Assembly (NCBI GenBank): GCA_965285935.1
Contig: OZ260661.1
Span: 101,680,001 to 101,744,000 of the forward strand
From: Ophelia neglecta
Taxonomy: Eukaryota
Direction of reading: 5' to 3'
DNA: 64,000 nt
Below, piece by piece: positions 61,315 to 64,000 of the stretch (within the stretch, counting starts at the first letter, position 1; each line of letters opens with the position of its first letter). The position numbers were made by a program, and so were the translations under genes. A model generated the notes under the pieces. The model saw nothing but the letters and a program-made list of their open reading frames with translations. It made no database searches and had not been told where the DNA came from.

Positions 61315-64000
61315 GTAAGACTGGTCTGGCTGTTATTAAACAAGTGGAAAACGAAAACACGAATAATTACTAGGCCTCTAGATTCACTTTTAAAGTCACA
61401 GGTCGACTATTATTATTAGCTCATTAAACTAGAGAAGTAACATAATCATTTTGATCCATGTTTCAACACTGCATGCATGTATATATATTTACTTTATTTA
61501 CTTTTATTTGGTTGCGCGTTAATAGTGTCTTCATAAGGACGTTACTTGAAAACTATCGGTCTCATTAGAAAAAACTTGAAAGGAGTTGGGGTAGAATAAA
61601 CTTGGGGTATTATTCCAAGGTATAGCTATAGTATTGGAAAGACAGCCCTTAGACAGCTGTCTGGCCAGCCCGCCCACGCATGGGATACATGTCCAATGTA
61701 TTAATGCTCATGGGACTTACAGTGTGTTTCCAAAACTGTCATAAAAAGAATAAAATGTTATACAGAAGGGTGCAAATGTATTGAAAATTTTAAAACTTAT
61801 AAAAATCTTCACACTTCTTAAACATCTTCACACAAGTTAATACAATATAAAACTATTGAAAGTACTATTTCTTGCACACAAAAACAGAACTTCTTTTATT
61901 GGTGGCCTAGACAAGAAAGTAACGTTTATGGATTCTATAGAATTGACATTGTTAACATTTATCTGCTTTATCTGCCCCTTCCAACCCGCCTCCCCCCATC
62001 CCCCCTCACTCCACCCCCTCTAGTTCCGCTTATTACAAGGTTCCTACACGTGTATATATAAGGGCATAATGAAAACAACCCTGCCAAATTGACCTAGCCA
62101 CATTCGGTAACAAGGGCAATCAATTGTCTTCCTTATGGCCTTGCTGTCTGAGCGTGCCTGCCTTCATGGGCGCCGGCAGTCAAGGTCTGTGCCAAAACTG
62201 AAATTTTAGCAGCATTTACTCGTATTTCTTTATTTATATGGTGTTATAAAGGCATTATCTTATGAGTATCGACAGTCTGTGGCCAAATGGACTACATCCA
62301 CAGGGTTCGGAATCATGAGGCTATCGCCTTAGCCCTATACAGAATTCTTCATGCGGTCTAATTTCTAACCATAGACTGTCAATACGCCTGCATTACGTGT
62401 ATTGCCTAAATATATTATTTATATAAAATCACCAGATGTTTTACTACCAAGTTTTTCACTGTGGTCGGTCTTGTAAATGAAAAAGAAATAAAGGCAGGAA
62501 AAGGTCTGTCAGGTAAAAAATATACACTTGCCAAATATTCAATTCATTTTATATTAATTGTCAACCCCATCCTGGCATGTTGAAAAACCTGGTAGGCCTA
62601 CCAAATTGCACATATGAGACGCATGAAGATATGGATATGAGAAACAAGGGTTTTCAAACGGAGTTACATGGATTAGGTTTGTGGTAGGATGTAATTTTTC
62701 AGTTAGTTTTTTAGCAAAACTTTATACCTGTCACAGCACAAGCCTAAATTATTTCTTTCGTATCTGTGCATCTGGTATTTCGCTGGTACCTCGTATCAGG
62801 TTTTACAGAATGCCACCCCATCCCTTCCTGAATACAACTTTGCTAAATCGATGTTGTCGTTATTTATCAGAAAATAAATCTAAAGTTGTGAGAGATTCGT
62901 GCGACGAGATGAGATTGAAAAAAGGAGTTGGATAAGCGACTGTTTGAGTGAGAATATTGTTTAGGACCGAAATCAGAAAGAAGTACCATTAAAAGTTGGT
63001 CGACAGAATAAAGTGCATTGAAAATTGTCAAGTTATTTTTGGGCCGGGCCATTCTGTCGAATATCGCTGGGTCTGTGAATCAATATTTCAAAAAAATTAA
63101 AATAGTGTACATGTTTAATAAAACATGTTTAACTTGTTAGTCTCATGTCACACAGAAATGAATTTATAACCTCTTTTATAAACGCAGACCATATCAGGAT
63201 CAACGGTCTTGAAAGAGAATATTTTTGTCCTAAGCTCAAGGGTTTCAACATTTTCCTCCTGCGGAGTCCAAGCGTGAGACACAATAGCTAAAATAGCTGT
63301 GGACAATAAGCTCCGTCCACTTATAGTACAGGAGCTTATTATTTATTAATAGTCCTCAGTTACAATTAAAGTATTCACAATTAATTCTGATGGTTGTGCC
63401 TCACTGTAGGTGGGTCTGTCTCTGGGCTGCATTGTATATTTTCCCATTACATTGCACCTACGAAAACTGCACTTGACACAGACTTAGAATTTACAGTTTT
63501 TATTTAGAAACCTATACTTTGTCAAGCGTTTCATGACAAAATGGTTTCCAAATTCAAGTGGGAAAAAAGCTAGGCCAATAATGGACAAAGCTCTAGGTTA
63601 GGATTTAAGTCCTCCGCGGTGTTTACGGTGAAATATTAGGTTTATTTAGTATTTATTGTACCGCAAGGAAAATGGACGAGGGAAGTAGATAAAAGGTTGA
63701 GGCAAGGCTAACCATCGCTGAAATAGACAAGCACTTTCTATCTGAGATGGGCCCATATATCTATAGACTTAAAATCCAATTTTCACTGAAATCGGTGTAA
63801 TAAAGCACGGTTAACCCCCAGCCGAAGACATGGGACACGCTCGTTGTCTCGGGTGGCGGGAAATCCGGCAGGGGTCAAAGTGGATTTATCTTTAGCCATT
63901 CAGGATCGTAAGAACCTCGACAGGCTATTGGTTTACTTAGTTCCGACGGCCCAAATAGTCAGGAGGTTTAGTATAGGTAGCATCATGGACTATCTCACTT

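Overview
AT-rich, intron-containing animal genomic DNA with one assembly gap (N 34180-34318). The gene content suggests a marine invertebrate, probably a lophotrochozoan (inference). The left ~35 kb is a gene desert around a 3-exon Msxlx (Msx-like) homeobox gene. The right half holds four genes: a nearly intronless EF-hand/WD40 gene of the EFCAB8/WDY/WDR49 group, an intronless RING + TRAF/SINA zinc-finger E3 ligase, a six-coding-exon TIR-STING gene (~390 aa, minus strand, assembled by hand from splice sites), and the first exon of an arrestin-domain gene. The TIR-STING locus is the most notable. It has an intact cyclic-dinucleotide pocket, a TIR domain apparently lacking the catalytic Glu, an apparent vestigial TM4/connector, a GC-AG intron competing with a frameshifting GT donor, and a tandem duplication of its acceptor and start codon. 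Repeats include a 1.08-kb foldback in the WD40 intron, two pogo/Tc1-type MITE families (2 copies each), a Helentron-type (HINE) element with 140-bp tandem cores, a tRNA-like element and a decayed LINE. The palindrome TAGGCCTA is strongly over-represented. All homology calls come from motif recognition, not database searches.
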